A stretch of 63,853 bases of DNA, counting the filler, from Licmophora abbreviata (taxonomy: Eukaryota): the NCBI GenBank assembly GCA_900291995.1. It is 14 parts of 14 records of this genome, joined end to end, with 100 filler letters (N's around TTAATTAATTAA, not from the genome) between each part and the next. Parts side by side here need not be neighbours in the genome. Positions count along the whole stretch, not along the records: positions 1 to 2,125 come from OLMU01001110.1; positions 2,226 to 7,506 come from OLMU01001112.1; positions 7,607 to 9,227 come from OLMU01001113.1; 11 more parts are not named here. The stretch is one strand, 5' to 3'. A program made the translations under genes and the position numbers. Shown one piece after another: positions 1 through 9,137 of the stretch (positions within the stretch are counted from its first letter, which is position 1; every line of letters starts with the position of its first letter). Under the pieces are notes generated by a model. The model had not been told where the DNA came from and searched no databases. It was given only the letters and a program-made list of their open reading frames with translations.

Positions 1-50
1 CCTTTGCGTCATAAGCGTTGGGACACGTTTGACCCAAAGGAGCACATGAC

Positions 51-1823
51 ATGGCCCGATCCTCTTCAAGACAGTCTGATAAGGATGCACGCCTTGCCCG
101 CCTGACCGCCGGGCTACGGCCGGTGTTCCTGTATATCTTCGGCTTGTCCGGGATCATCAACATCCTGGCACTGACCGGCGCGTTCTACATGATGCAGATC
201 TACGACCGCGCCCTGATGAGTGGCAGCATCCCGACGCTCGCCCTGATCTCGGCGCTGGCACTTGGTCTCTACATGTTTCAGGGCGGGCTTGATGTCATCC
301 GCTCGCAGATCCTTCACCGGGTCGGCGCGCGCTTCGATGCCCGCGTTGCCCCCGATATCCACCGCATGAGCATCGACATGCCGCGCTATGGCTTTTCCGT
401 CGCCGAAGCGATGGAGAGGGGCCGCACCGTCGACACCCTGCGCAACTTCTTCGGCGGACCGGCGCTTGTGTCGCTGTTCGATCTGCCCTGGATGCCGATC
501 TTTCTGGCCTTCGTGTTCGTGCTGCATCCCTATCTGGGCGCTCTGGCCATCGGCGGTGCCGTGGTCCTGACGCTGATGACCGTCCTGACCGAGCTGATGA
601 CCCGCAAGGCGAACGCCCAGGTCAGCCGCGCCGCCGTTCAGCGCAGCTCGGTGGCCGAGGCCAATGCCCGCAACGCGGATGTCATCAAGGCGATGGGGTT
701 CTCGTCGCAGGCTCTGGCCCAGTTCCAGCAGGCCAACGACGCGCACCTGACCCTGCAATCCGGTTCCAGCGACGTGACCCGCACCGTGGGCGCCTTGTCC
801 AAGGTGTTGCGCATGATGCTGCAATCGGCGGTTCTGGGCCTTGGCGCCTATCTCACCATCATGGGCGAGATGACCGCTGGCGCGATCATCGCCGCCTCCG
901 TCGCCTCCGCCCGCGCCCTTGCGCCGATCGACTCGACCATCGCCAATTGGAAGAACCTGATCGCGGCCCGCAACGCCATGGCCACCATCCGTCAGACAAT
1001 GGCCGCCCTGCCTGAACAGGCGCGCCCCCTCCAGATGCCCGATCCCAAGCAGTCGTTCTCGGCCGAAGGGATCACCGTTGTGGCCCCCGGATCCGGGCGT
1101 GTGCTCCTGTCGGATGTGACCATTCAGCTCGAAGCCGGGCAGGCGCTTGGCCTGATCGGTCCCAGTGGCGGCGGTAAATCTTCGCTGATGCGGGCGATGG
1201 CCGGGGTCTGGCCGGTGCTGCGCGGCCATGTCCGCATGGATGGCGCCGATCTTGTGCAATGGGGCGAAGACACGATTTCGCGCAGCTTCGGTTATCTGCC
1301 GCAGGACTACACTCTGTTCGATACCACGATTGCCCGCAACATTTCGCGCCTTGCCGATCCTGATCCCGAAAAGGTCATCGCGGCGGCACGTGCGGCTGGC
1401 GTTCACGAGATGATCCTCGCCATGCCCGACGGCTACGAGACCGAACTGGGCGCCAGTGCCACAAGCCTGTCGGGCGGTCAGCGTCAGCGTATCGCTCTGG
1501 CACGGGCGCTTTATGGCGATCCCTTCGTCGTCCTGCTGGACGAGCCGAATTCGAACCTCGACGCCGAAGGCGAACGCGCCGTCAGCCATGCGATCCAAAG
1601 CATCCGTGATCGCGGCGGCATCGTGATCGTCGTCGCTCACCGCCCAAGTGCTCTGGAGCATGTCGATCTGGTCGGTGTTGTCCAGGATGGCGCCCTCAGC
1701 CGCTTTGGCCCCAAATCCGAGATCATGCGCGTCAAGGCGGCCCCGGTGCCCCCGGCCACGCCCCTCCGTGAAGCAGGCGCCGCCATGAAGGCCGCTCCGG
1801 CACCAGAGGACACAGGCACATGA
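51..1823 (+). CDS. prtD: Type I secretion system ABC transporter (PrtD/AprD family permease-ATPase)
   Basis: N-terminal TM domain with 'YMMQIYDRALMSGSIPTL' and 'LFDLPWMP'; Walker A GPSGGGKS, signature LSGGQRQR, Walker B LLDEPNSNLD; RBS AAGGAG upstream. Confidence 0.93.
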   Translation: MARSSSRQSDKDARLARLTAGLRPVFLYIFGLSGIINILALTGAFYMMQIYDRALMSGSIPTLALISALALGLYMFQGGLDVIRSQILHRVGARFDARVAPDIHRMSIDMPRYGFSVAEAMERGRTVDTLRNFFGGPALVSLFDLPWMPIFLAFVFVLHPYLGALAIGGAVVLTLMTVLTELMTRKANAQVSRAAVQRSSVAEANARNADVIKAMGFSSQALAQFQQANDAHLTLQSGSSDVTRTVGALSKVLRMMLQSAVLGLGAYLTIMGEMTAGAIIAASVASARALAPIDSTIANWKNLIAARNAMATIRQTMAALPEQARPLQMPDPKQSFSAEGITVVAPGSGRVLLSDVTIQLEAGQALGLIGPSGGGKSSLMRAMAGVWPVLRGHVRMDGADLVQWGEDTISRSFGYLPQDYTLFDTTIARNISRLADPDPEKVIAAARAAGVHEMILAMPDGYETELGASATSLSGGQRQRIALARALYGDPFVVLLDEPNSNLDAEGERAVSHAIQSIRDRGGIVIVVAHRPSALEHVDLVGVVQDGALSRFGPKSEIMRVKAAPVPPATPLREAGAAMKAAPAPEDTGT

Positions 1824-2500
1824 TCGAGGTAAAATCAGCCAAGAAGGTCCAGACGCCCGGCAAAGAGCGTCTGGCCGCGATGGACGGCTTGCGCCAGACG
1901 GTGACAGCCATCCCCAAGCGCAAGATCGGTATGGCGATGATGGCCCTTTTCGGTCTGGTCGCCTACATCAAGACCTTGCTCGGCGGCTCCGAGGTTGCAG
2001 CGCAAGCCGCCCCTGACGCACCCATCGCGGGTGACGACGGTGCCGCGCCCATCTGCGAGACGGACAATTCGTCGGCAGACAACAGCGGTCGCATGTCCTA
2101 CGGCAACGCCGCGCTGTTCCAGGCCNNNNNNNNNNNNNNNNNNNNNNNNNNNNNNNNNNNNNNNNNNNNTTAATTAATTAANNNNNNNNNNNNNNNNNNN
2201 NNNNNNNNNNNNNNNNNNNNNNNNNATATCCATCTTGCGCTGTCCGATCTGCACGCGGTGACCGACACGCGCGACATCCGCAAGGACAGCTCGGATTTCG
2301 AGGCCCGGATCTCGGTCTTTGATCCCGAAACCGTGGCCGAAACCCATGGCCGCCCCGGGTTCCGTCAGGATGATGAAGACGCCCTGATGATCCGCCGCAT
2401 CGAACTTCGCCAGGAAAACGAAACCGGCGAAATCGAATTCGACCTCTGGATCAGCGGTCCCGACCGCGAGTCCGATCCCTCTCAAGACTTCACTTCCTGA
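1820..2500 (+). CDS. Hypothetical T1SS-operon protein, split by assembly gap (N-term 1820-2125 with a hydrophobic helix; acidic C-term 2228-2500)
   Basis: ATGA overlap with prtD stop. The frame is open into the gap. After the gap a frame is open from 2228 (IHLALSDLHAVTD...) to TGA 2500, 14 nt before hlyD. That both parts are one gene is inferred. Confidence 0.55.
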
Positions 2501-2514
2501 ACAGGAGCCACACC

Positions 2515-3843
2515 ATGATACGCAACAGCAAAACCCCCAACGCACCGCAGGATGCCGTCTATGCCATTCGCGGGCGGGTGATCGCCGGCCTGGTGATGGC
2601 AACCCTTCTGGTCGCTGCGATCTTTGGCTGGGCGGCGAATGCCAACCTTGCCAGCGCGGTGGTCGTCAGCGGCGAAGTGTCGGTCAACCGCGATCTGCGG
2701 GTCGTCCAGCACCGCGACGGCGGCATCGTCAAAGAGATTCCCGCCAATGTTGGTGACTATGTGCGCGAGGGTGACATCCTGCTCCGGCTTGATGACACAT
2801 CTGCCCGCACCGAACGCGCGATCCTGCACGGCAAAATCGCCGAGCTGGCCATTCGCAAAAGCCGTCTCGAAGCGCAGCGCGACCTGATGGCGGAATTCCA
2901 TATGCCCGCCGGTCTTGATGAATTGATCGTGACGCCCGCGGCACTGCAGGCCATCTATGTCGGCGAGCGCCGCATTTTCCAGGGCAACATCTCGTCCTTC
3001 GTCAGCCGCAAGGAACAGATCGACCTCGGAATCGAACAGGTCCGCACCGAAATCGATGGCCTCGAAGCCCGCCTTGACGCCAAGCAGGACGAAATCCTGC
3101 TGGTGCAGGCCGAAAGCGCCCGCGTCGAAGACCTCTCCGAGCGTCGCCTGACCGTGCGCAATGTCGCCTTCTCGATCGAGCGCGAGAATGTCCGCCTGCG
3201 CGGCGAACGCGGCGAGATCCTATCGGCACTGGGCCGCGCCCGCAGCCGCGTCAGCGAGCTGGAGTTGGAAATCCTCTCGATGCAGGAAACACTGCGCACC
3301 GATGCGCAGCGCGAACTGCGCGAGATCGAAACCCAGCTGTCGGAACTCACCGAAAAGCGTTTCGTCATCGAAGACACCCTGTCGCGCACCGAAATCCGCG
3401 CGCCGATCTCGGGTCTCATCAATGATCTGAACGTCAATTCGGTGGGCGGCGTCATCAGCCCTGCCGAAATTCTGGCGACCATCGTCCCCGAAGAGGCTGA
3501 ACTGGTCTTCACGGCCCGTGTCCCGGCGGTGCAGATCGAACAGGTTAACGCCGGATATGCCGCCCGGATGCGCTTTGTCGCCTTCGACCAGAACGAAACC
3601 CCCGAAATCGAAGGCACCGTGTCCTACGTGGCCGCCGCCGCGACAAGCGATCCCAAGATGCCGGGCGACTTCTACTCGATCAAGGTCGATGTGACGCCCG
3701 ATCAGCTGGCCCGCCTCGGCGGCAAGGAGCTGCGCCCCGGCATGCCGGTCGAAGTCTATGTCACCACGGCCGAACGCACCGCCCTGTCCTATCTCGTCAA
3801 GCCCTTCAGCGATCAGTTCGCGCGGGCCTTCAAGGAAAGGTAA
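2515..3843 (+). CDS. prtE: HlyD-family type I secretion membrane fusion protein (PrtE/AprE)
   Basis: N-terminal TM, 'VVQHRDGGIVKEI', long coiled coil, 'IRAPISG', 'LRPGMPVEVYVTTAERTALSYLVKP'; RBS CAGGAG. Confidence 0.93.
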   Translation: MIRNSKTPNAPQDAVYAIRGRVIAGLVMATLLVAAIFGWAANANLASAVVVSGEVSVNRDLRVVQHRDGGIVKEIPANVGDYVREGDILLRLDDTSARTERAILHGKIAELAIRKSRLEAQRDLMAEFHMPAGLDELIVTPAALQAIYVGERRIFQGNISSFVSRKEQIDLGIEQVRTEIDGLEARLDAKQDEILLVQAESARVEDLSERRLTVRNVAFSIERENVRLRGERGEILSALGRARSRVSELELEILSMQETLRTDAQRELREIETQLSELTEKRFVIEDTLSRTEIRAPISGLINDLNVNSVGGVISPAEILATIVPEEAELVFTARVPAVQIEQVNAGYAARMRFVAFDQNETPEIEGTVSYVAAAATSDPKMPGDFYSIKVDVTPDQLARLGGKELRPGMPVEVYVTTAERTALSYLVKPFSDQFARAFKER

Positions 3844-3847
3844 ACCC

Positions 3848-4261
3848 ATGCTCCGCATCTGTCTTTCCGCCCTTGCGATCCTTCTGGCGACCTCCGCCTA
3901 CGGGCAACCCAAGGACATGACCTGGAAGGCGCTCGAGGGCGATACCCTGAACCTCAATGGCAGGATCATGAGTGTTCACGGTGTCTCCTGTCCGCCATCG
4001 TCACAGGCGGCGGGCCTCGGCGCCAAACGGCTCGCGAATACCTTCCTGCGGGGCGGCGTGGTGGTCTGCGTCACGTCGCTTGAACGCAACGGTCGTGAAA
4101 ACGTGGACTGCGCCAAGCGCGGCAACAACGGGCTGTCGCTCAGTCAGATGCTTGTCTTCACCGCACTGTGCACCCCGCGCCGCGATCAGGAATGCATGAC
4201 ACCGCATTTCGACGCCATGCCCACCTACGCGCCGCCACCACGCCGACCCGAAGACGCCTGA
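3848..4261 (+). CDS. Small secreted thermonuclease (SNase)-fold protein, catalytically degenerate
   Basis: Sec-type signal MLRICLSALAILLATSAYG; 'EGDTLNLNGRIMSVHGVSCP...VVC...NGR...C...LSQMLV' resembles the SNase pattern DGDT..IRL.GIDAPE...GR; start 4 nt after prtE stop. Confidence 0.5.
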   Translation: MLRICLSALAILLATSAYGQPKDMTWKALEGDTLNLNGRIMSVHGVSCPPSSQAAGLGAKRLANTFLRGGVVVCVTSLERNGRENVDCAKRGNNGLSLSQMLVFTALCTPRRDQECMTPHFDAMPTYAPPPRRPEDA

Positions 4262-4325
4262 AATCTCAAGATCATCCCCGTATCCGCCAGGGACAGACAA
4301 TAAAAAAACGAAGGGACAGCACCTC

Positions 4326-6419
4326 ATGGGACGTGACAAACGCAAGGATCGCGATCGCGATACTGAAGACAAATACAAGGGCGAGTTCGAGATCAGGTTC
4401 ACCCAAGACGGGGAGACGCGCAGTCTCACCCTGAAAGGTAGTCCTGCCGACTACGACATTGACTTCGACGATGACGAGCTCGAGATCGAGGCCCGCAAGG
4501 GCGATGCCGAATGGGAATTCGAAGATATCGACAGCTTCGAAATCCTGTCCGCCGCCACGGATGAGGCCTCGTCAGCCCCCGACGGAACCTTCGCCCTCGC
4601 CGGTCCTCTGCGTGACTATGATTTCTTCCTTGAAGACGGGTCTCTGGTTGTCCGCAGCCGCATCGACGGCGAGGTCGAGACCCTTGAAAACGCCACCACG
4701 ATCACCGCTGGCGGCGAGACCTTCCAAACGGCCTTTCTCGTCGACATGCTCGAAACGCCCGGCCCGGATATCCTGGCCGAAGGCGGGCCGCGGCTGATGA
4801 CGGTCAACACACCCGACCCAACCCCAAGTGTGCTGTGGGACCAGATCCTGCAATCTGTCATCGTCGAAACTGGCGGCGGCCCAACCAATGCGGCGCGTGC
4901 CTTCTCGATCATGCACACCGCCATCTATGACGCACAGGCCAGTTATGACCCTGTCGCACAGCGCTTAGCGATCGACCTCGAAGGGGACAACCTCGATATC
5001 GCCAGCCTTGCCGATGCCTCCGGCGCCGAGATTGAAGCCGCCATGCATGTCGCGGCATATCAGACCCTCTCGCAACTCTTTCCCGGCCACCGCGACACGT
5101 TCGACAAGGTGCTGTCCGAACGCGTGGGGATCGACGTTTCGGATGATAGCCGCGCGCATGTGGTCGGCATTGATGCGGCACAGGACGTGCTGACCCCGCG
5201 TCTGGCCGAAGCGGCCGTGCTGGCCAATCTGTCCGACGGGCTTTACACACCGGTCAACCCCGGCCCCGACACACGAAACGACATCTCGCGCTGGACCCCT
5301 GAAAAGCAGGGCAAATTCTCGCCCACTCCAGACGCCCTGCAGACATTCCTGACCCCGGAACGCAGCCTTGCCGAAGGCTTCGCGCTACCCGAAACACCCC
5401 TTGGCTTGACCGACACCGCCCTGATCCGGCCCGATGGACCCGAGCCGTTCTTCACCGCCGATCAGCAGAACGCCGTCCTCGATTTCGACACCGGCACGAT
5501 CACCCTCGCCGCGCCGGTGAACGTCAACGGGCAGACGTGGCAGGCCGGCGATACGATCCCTGTGGACAAATCCCTGATCGGTCCGGTCATCAACCCGACC
5601 TTCATCTCTCAGGCCGAAGCCATCGTTCACACCAGCGCGACCCTGACCGAAGACCAGAAACTGATCGCTGAATTCTGGGAGGACGGCCCCGGCAGCAGCT
5701 ATCCGCCCGGTGCCTGGATGACGCTGGCGCAATATGTCTCTCAACGCGATGCTCATGACGCGGCCTCGGATGCCCTGCTGTTCATGACCATGGGCAACGC
5801 CATGAACGACGCGGCCATCGCGACATGGGACGCCAAGGTGCATTTCGACTATGCCCGCCCGGTCACCGTGATCCGCGACCTTGGCAAGCTCGGCCTGATC
5901 GGCGAACAGGGCGTCGACGAGCTGACCGGTGAGACCGGATATGTGATCCAGGCCTTCGGCGGCATCGACCCCGACACCGGCACCAGTCTCGGCACCCGCA
6001 CGATCCTTGCCGAAAACTTCATCACCTACCAGCTGCCCGGCGGGGAACAATCTCCGCCCTTCGCGGAATATACCTCGGGTCACAGCACGTTCTCGGGCGC
6101 CGGTTCTGCGGTGCTTGCCGCCTTCACCGGCTCCGATCACTTTGACGCGCAAGTCACGGTTGCCTCAGGCACCAGTGCCTTCGATGCCGCGCTGCCGACC
6201 CAGACATACCTCTTCGAATGGGACACGTTCTCGCAGGCCGCCAACGACGCTGGCTTCTCGCGGATCTATGGCGGGATTCACTTCAGCGACGGTAATCTCG
6301 ACGGGCTCGGCTCCGGTGCCAAGATCGGCTCGGATGCCTATGACCTTGCCTCCGAGTTCGCCAACGGCACAGCGCAGCCCGAACAGCAGCCCTTCTTCGA
6401 CGAATTTCTGTTCGGATGA
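4326..6419 (+). CDS. Vanadium-dependent haloperoxidase (PAP2 superfamily) with acidic N-terminal extension
   Basis: Three vanadate-site motifs: KVHFDYARP (Kx6RP), PPFAEYTSGHS, SRIYGGIHFSDG; also bacterial VHPO-type 'GPTNAARAFSIMHTAIYDA' and 'AEFWEDGPG'; no signal peptide. Confidence 0.88.
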   Translation: MGRDKRKDRDRDTEDKYKGEFEIRFTQDGETRSLTLKGSPADYDIDFDDDELEIEARKGDAEWEFEDIDSFEILSAATDEASSAPDGTFALAGPLRDYDFFLEDGSLVVRSRIDGEVETLENATTITAGGETFQTAFLVDMLETPGPDILAEGGPRLMTVNTPDPTPSVLWDQILQSVIVETGGGPTNAARAFSIMHTAIYDAQASYDPVAQRLAIDLEGDNLDIASLADASGAEIEAAMHVAAYQTLSQLFPGHRDTFDKVLSERVGIDVSDDSRAHVVGIDAAQDVLTPRLAEAAVLANLSDGLYTPVNPGPDTRNDISRWTPEKQGKFSPTPDALQTFLTPERSLAEGFALPETPLGLTDTALIRPDGPEPFFTADQQNAVLDFDTGTITLAAPVNVNGQTWQAGDTIPVDKSLIGPVINPTFISQAEAIVHTSATLTEDQKLIAEFWEDGPGSSYPPGAWMTLAQYVSQRDAHDAASDALLFMTMGNAMNDAAIATWDAKVHFDYARPVTVIRDLGKLGLIGEQGVDELTGETGYVIQAFGGIDPDTGTSLGTRTILAENFITYQLPGGEQSPPFAEYTSGHSTFSGAGSAVLAAFTGSDHFDAQVTVASGTSAFDAALPTQTYLFEWDTFSQAANDAGFSRIYGGIHFSDGNLDGLGSGAKIGSDAYDLASEFANGTAQPEQQPFFDEFLFG

Positions 6420-6442
6420 AGCGCCGCACGCCCATGACCGGA

Positions 6443-7327
6443 TCAGGCGAAAGCATTCTGGTCCGGTCGCCCGATCGGCATCCACAGCACTTGCGTGCGA
6501 TCCGCATCCAGGCGGTAATCGCACTGCGCGCGCGCGGCCATATGCTCCAGGATGTCGCGGGCCAGTCTCATCCGTTCGAACGGGCCGGTTGCGGCGCAGG
6601 TCGCATCCGCATCAGCGGTCTTTTCGCCCGCCTGAGCAACCGTCACCCATACCCCGGTCTGCCCGCGCCTGCCTTGCCCATGGCCAAACGTCACACGGGT
6701 TGTCTGTCCCTGGTCTGACATGCGGGCGATTTCCAGCATCGAGAACAACAATTGCATCAGCGTTTCGCTCTCCACTGCACTCAGCTCAACGGGCTGCCCG
6801 TCATGGCCGATATCAAGCCGTTGGCCGCAGGTTGTGAACATGAACCCAAAGCGCCGCCCTGCCTCTTCGGCACAGCCCGCAAGATCCGATGTCCCCGCCG
6901 CCGACAGCTTTGCGCCCGCCTCGAGCGTGCTGAAGGCCACCACGCGGTCCACTCGCAATTGCATCCAGTGCAACGCATCCTGTCGCATCCCATCCAGACT
7001 TTCATGCAGCAGCGGATCATCCCGCGACGCCATGGCAATACCCTGCAAGGCATTCAGCGGATTCCTCAGATCGTCGCTCACCATGTCCAGAAATCGCAGT
7101 TTGATTGCGTTCGACCGTTGCAGCGGCCGGATCAGCAGCCAATAGAACACAGGCGCCATGATGCAGAACAGCAGCACTGCATCCAGTATCGCCTCGCCCC
7201 ATATTGTCTCTGTCAGCCAGGGCATCCGCTGCTCGAGCCTGGCCAAGGCCAGCATGATGCCCAATTCCGCGCCCGCCAGAGTGATCAGGACAATCACGAC
7301 CTTCCCAAGCGAGTCATCGCGAAACAT
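6443..7327 (-). CDS. Membrane-bound histidine-kinase-like protein lacking the phospho-His (pseudokinase)
   Basis: Two TM helices, then 'KLRFLDMVSDDLRNPLNAL' (H-box SH[DE]LRxPL with His as Asp); downstream HATPase-like region lacks recognisable N and G boxes. The ORF could extend to 7360. Confidence 0.7.
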   Translation of the reverse strand: MFRDDSLGKVVIVLITLAGAELGIMLALARLEQRMPWLTETIWGEAILDAVLLFCIMAPVFYWLLIRPLQRSNAIKLRFLDMVSDDLRNPLNALQGIAMASRDDPLLHESLDGMRQDALHWMQLRVDRVVAFSTLEAGAKLSAAGTSDLAGCAEEAGRRFGFMFTTCGQRLDIGHDGQPVELSAVESETLMQLLFSMLEIARMSDQGQTTRVTFGHGQGRRGQTGVWVTVAQAGEKTADADATCAATGPFERMRLARDILEHMAARAQCDYRLDADRTQVLWMPIGRPDQNAFA

Positions 7328-7731
7328 GGTCAGACCCTGCCGACCGGGCAAACCATGCAAGCGGCGCGCGCCATGTGCGCTGTCCGCTCGACGCAGGCAT
7401 CAGCCAGGATCGGCGGCATTGCGAAGGCACATCTGTCATGCATGGGTATCAAGGCCCCTGTGCGATGGTGTCGTCAGCACATCTGTTTCGTTCAGACAGC
7501 CACCATNNNNNNNNNNNNNNNNNNNNNNNNNNNNNNNNNNNNNNNNNNNNTTAATTAATTAANNNNNNNNNNNNNNNNNNNNNNNNNNNNNNNNNNNNNN
7601 NNNNNNCAAGGCCCCTGTGCGATGGTGTCGTCAGCACATCTGTTTCGTTCAGACAGCCACCATGCTGCGAATCGAACACACCGGACTTCGGGGATATCAC
7701 AAAGCGCCCCAACCGCCGCTACCCCGGACTA

Positions 7732-7838
7732 GGACCAAAGTCCAAACTCTTGCTCGACCAAGGGTCTCGGCGGTGTCTTTAGGTCGAACGCCCGGGTCTT
7801 GCGAGACCATTGTCGCAGATCACGTCGGACCATTATCC
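7732..7838. promoter_or_regulatory. Cluster of GAC-N4-GTC-type operator boxes in the divergent pseudokinase/regulator intergenic region
   Basis: GGACCAAAGTCC 7732-7743, CGACCAAGGGTC 7755-7766, AGACCATTGTCG 7804-7815, GGACCATTATCC 7827-7838. Confidence 0.55.
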
Positions 7839-8139
7839 GGTTCAAATGGGGAATCCCAAGAAAAGTAATAAAAATTAATAACTTGAACTTCATTCCCCTG
7901 CTCTTTTCCCCGTCCGACGCGTCTTTTCAGGCGCTTCGTTTGCGTTGGGTGATGCGACTTTTGCTCACTTGCCGCAAGCGCCAAAGACTTCCCGCTTTCC
8001 AAAGATAGTTCGGATTTCAAGGCCCGGAATGGGACAACGGATTTGCAGATTCCGTTGGGGGAAACGGAAACCAACCTGACATGGGAACAGGTGCGCAGAC
8101 GCTGCTGCTGCGGGCGCGCCGAACTTATGGGGACGAGAC

Positions 8140-8772
8140 ATGTATAGAACGATGGTGATTTGCGATCACGCCTCTACGCGTGCCGGTTTCGAACATTTGA
8201 TATCTTCCTGCGAGTCCTTTGACTTGCAATGTGCGACTGCCTTCACACCCGAAATTCTCGACACATGCGCCCGCGACAAGGTCGACGTGGTGATTGTGGA
8301 TCTCGGATCGTTGGATCAGCCGATGAAAACCCTGCGCGCGTTCCGCAAATCAAGCGAGACCATGCGCATCTTGGCTTACTGCTCGGAAAAAGGCATCGAC
8401 ACAGCGGTCGAAGCCTTGGATGCGGGGGCATCCGGCATCCTGACCTACACAAGCGAACTAACCGATCTGTGCATGGCAGTGCGTCGCGTCATGAATGGCG
8501 ATAACTACGTGCAGCCCGATATGGCGATGGATATCTTCGCCAAGCTGCGTCAGGCCGAAGCCAAGCGCAAAGAGGCCGAGCGCCTGCGCCTGACCGCCCG
8601 CGAAAGCCAGGTGGTCCGCCATCTGATGCAGGGCATGACCAACGGTCAGATCTCGGTCGAGCTCAACATCAGCGAGAAAACCGTCAAGCACTATGTCGGC
8701 TCTCTCAAGGACAAGTTCGGTGCAGCCAACCGCCTCGAGGTGGTTCTGGAAGCGCAGCGTCTCGGGGTCTGA
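8140..8772 (+). CDS. NarL/LuxR-family response regulator with atypical receiver domain
   Basis: C-terminal LuxR HTH 'LTARESQVVRHLMQGMTNGQISVELNISEKTVKHY'; receiver fold keeps 'VVIVDL' Asp but has VICDH, LAYC and GASGILTY at the acidic-pair, Thr/Ser and Lys positions. Confidence 0.9.
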   Translation: MYRTMVICDHASTRAGFEHLISSCESFDLQCATAFTPEILDTCARDKVDVVIVDLGSLDQPMKTLRAFRKSSETMRILAYCSEKGIDTAVEALDAGASGILTYTSELTDLCMAVRRVMNGDNYVQPDMAMDIFAKLRQAEAKRKEAERLRLTARESQVVRHLMQGMTNGQISVELNISEKTVKHYVGSLKDKFGAANRLEVVLEAQRLGV

Positions 8773-9015
8773 CCCCGGTTTCGGGGGTGGCCGCCCGGCG
8801 CCCCCGGCCCTGAATGGTCTGGTCATGGTTCCCTAAAACCCGGCCATTCAGCGGCGCGTTCGTAATGGCGTCTCAGGCATTCGCGAACGCGCCGCACCCC
8901 TCTATCCCAAAGCCATATGCTCCGGCTCTCCGGTTTCCCGGCCCTGACGCTCCGCGGCTCAGGGTCGTTTGCCGTTGCGCGCCCCGATGGTCCGCATGGT
9001 CGTCAGTCATAGTGC

Positions 9016-9062
9016 GGACCTTGCCTTGGACCTTGGTATGAGTTTCGCTTGGACCTTCTCAT
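9016..9062. promoter_or_regulatory. GGACCTT repeats / operator boxes upstream of hemA
   Basis: GGACCTT at 9016, 9028 and 9051; full box GGACCTTGGTAT 9028-9039. Confidence 0.5.
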
Positions 9063-9137
9063 CTGTGGTCCGGCCCGCATCGCCGTTAGCGTCCCTGCAC
9101 AACAATCGATCAGTACGCATCTTGCAGGAAGGCCGGC

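Noticed and set aside
7450..7663. 57-bp direct repeat flanking a gap (also 24 bp at 42168-42191 / 42292-42315), resembling target-site duplications or att sites
   Set aside because: The copies sit exactly at contig ends, so they are unmerged overlaps. Used only as evidence of adjacency.
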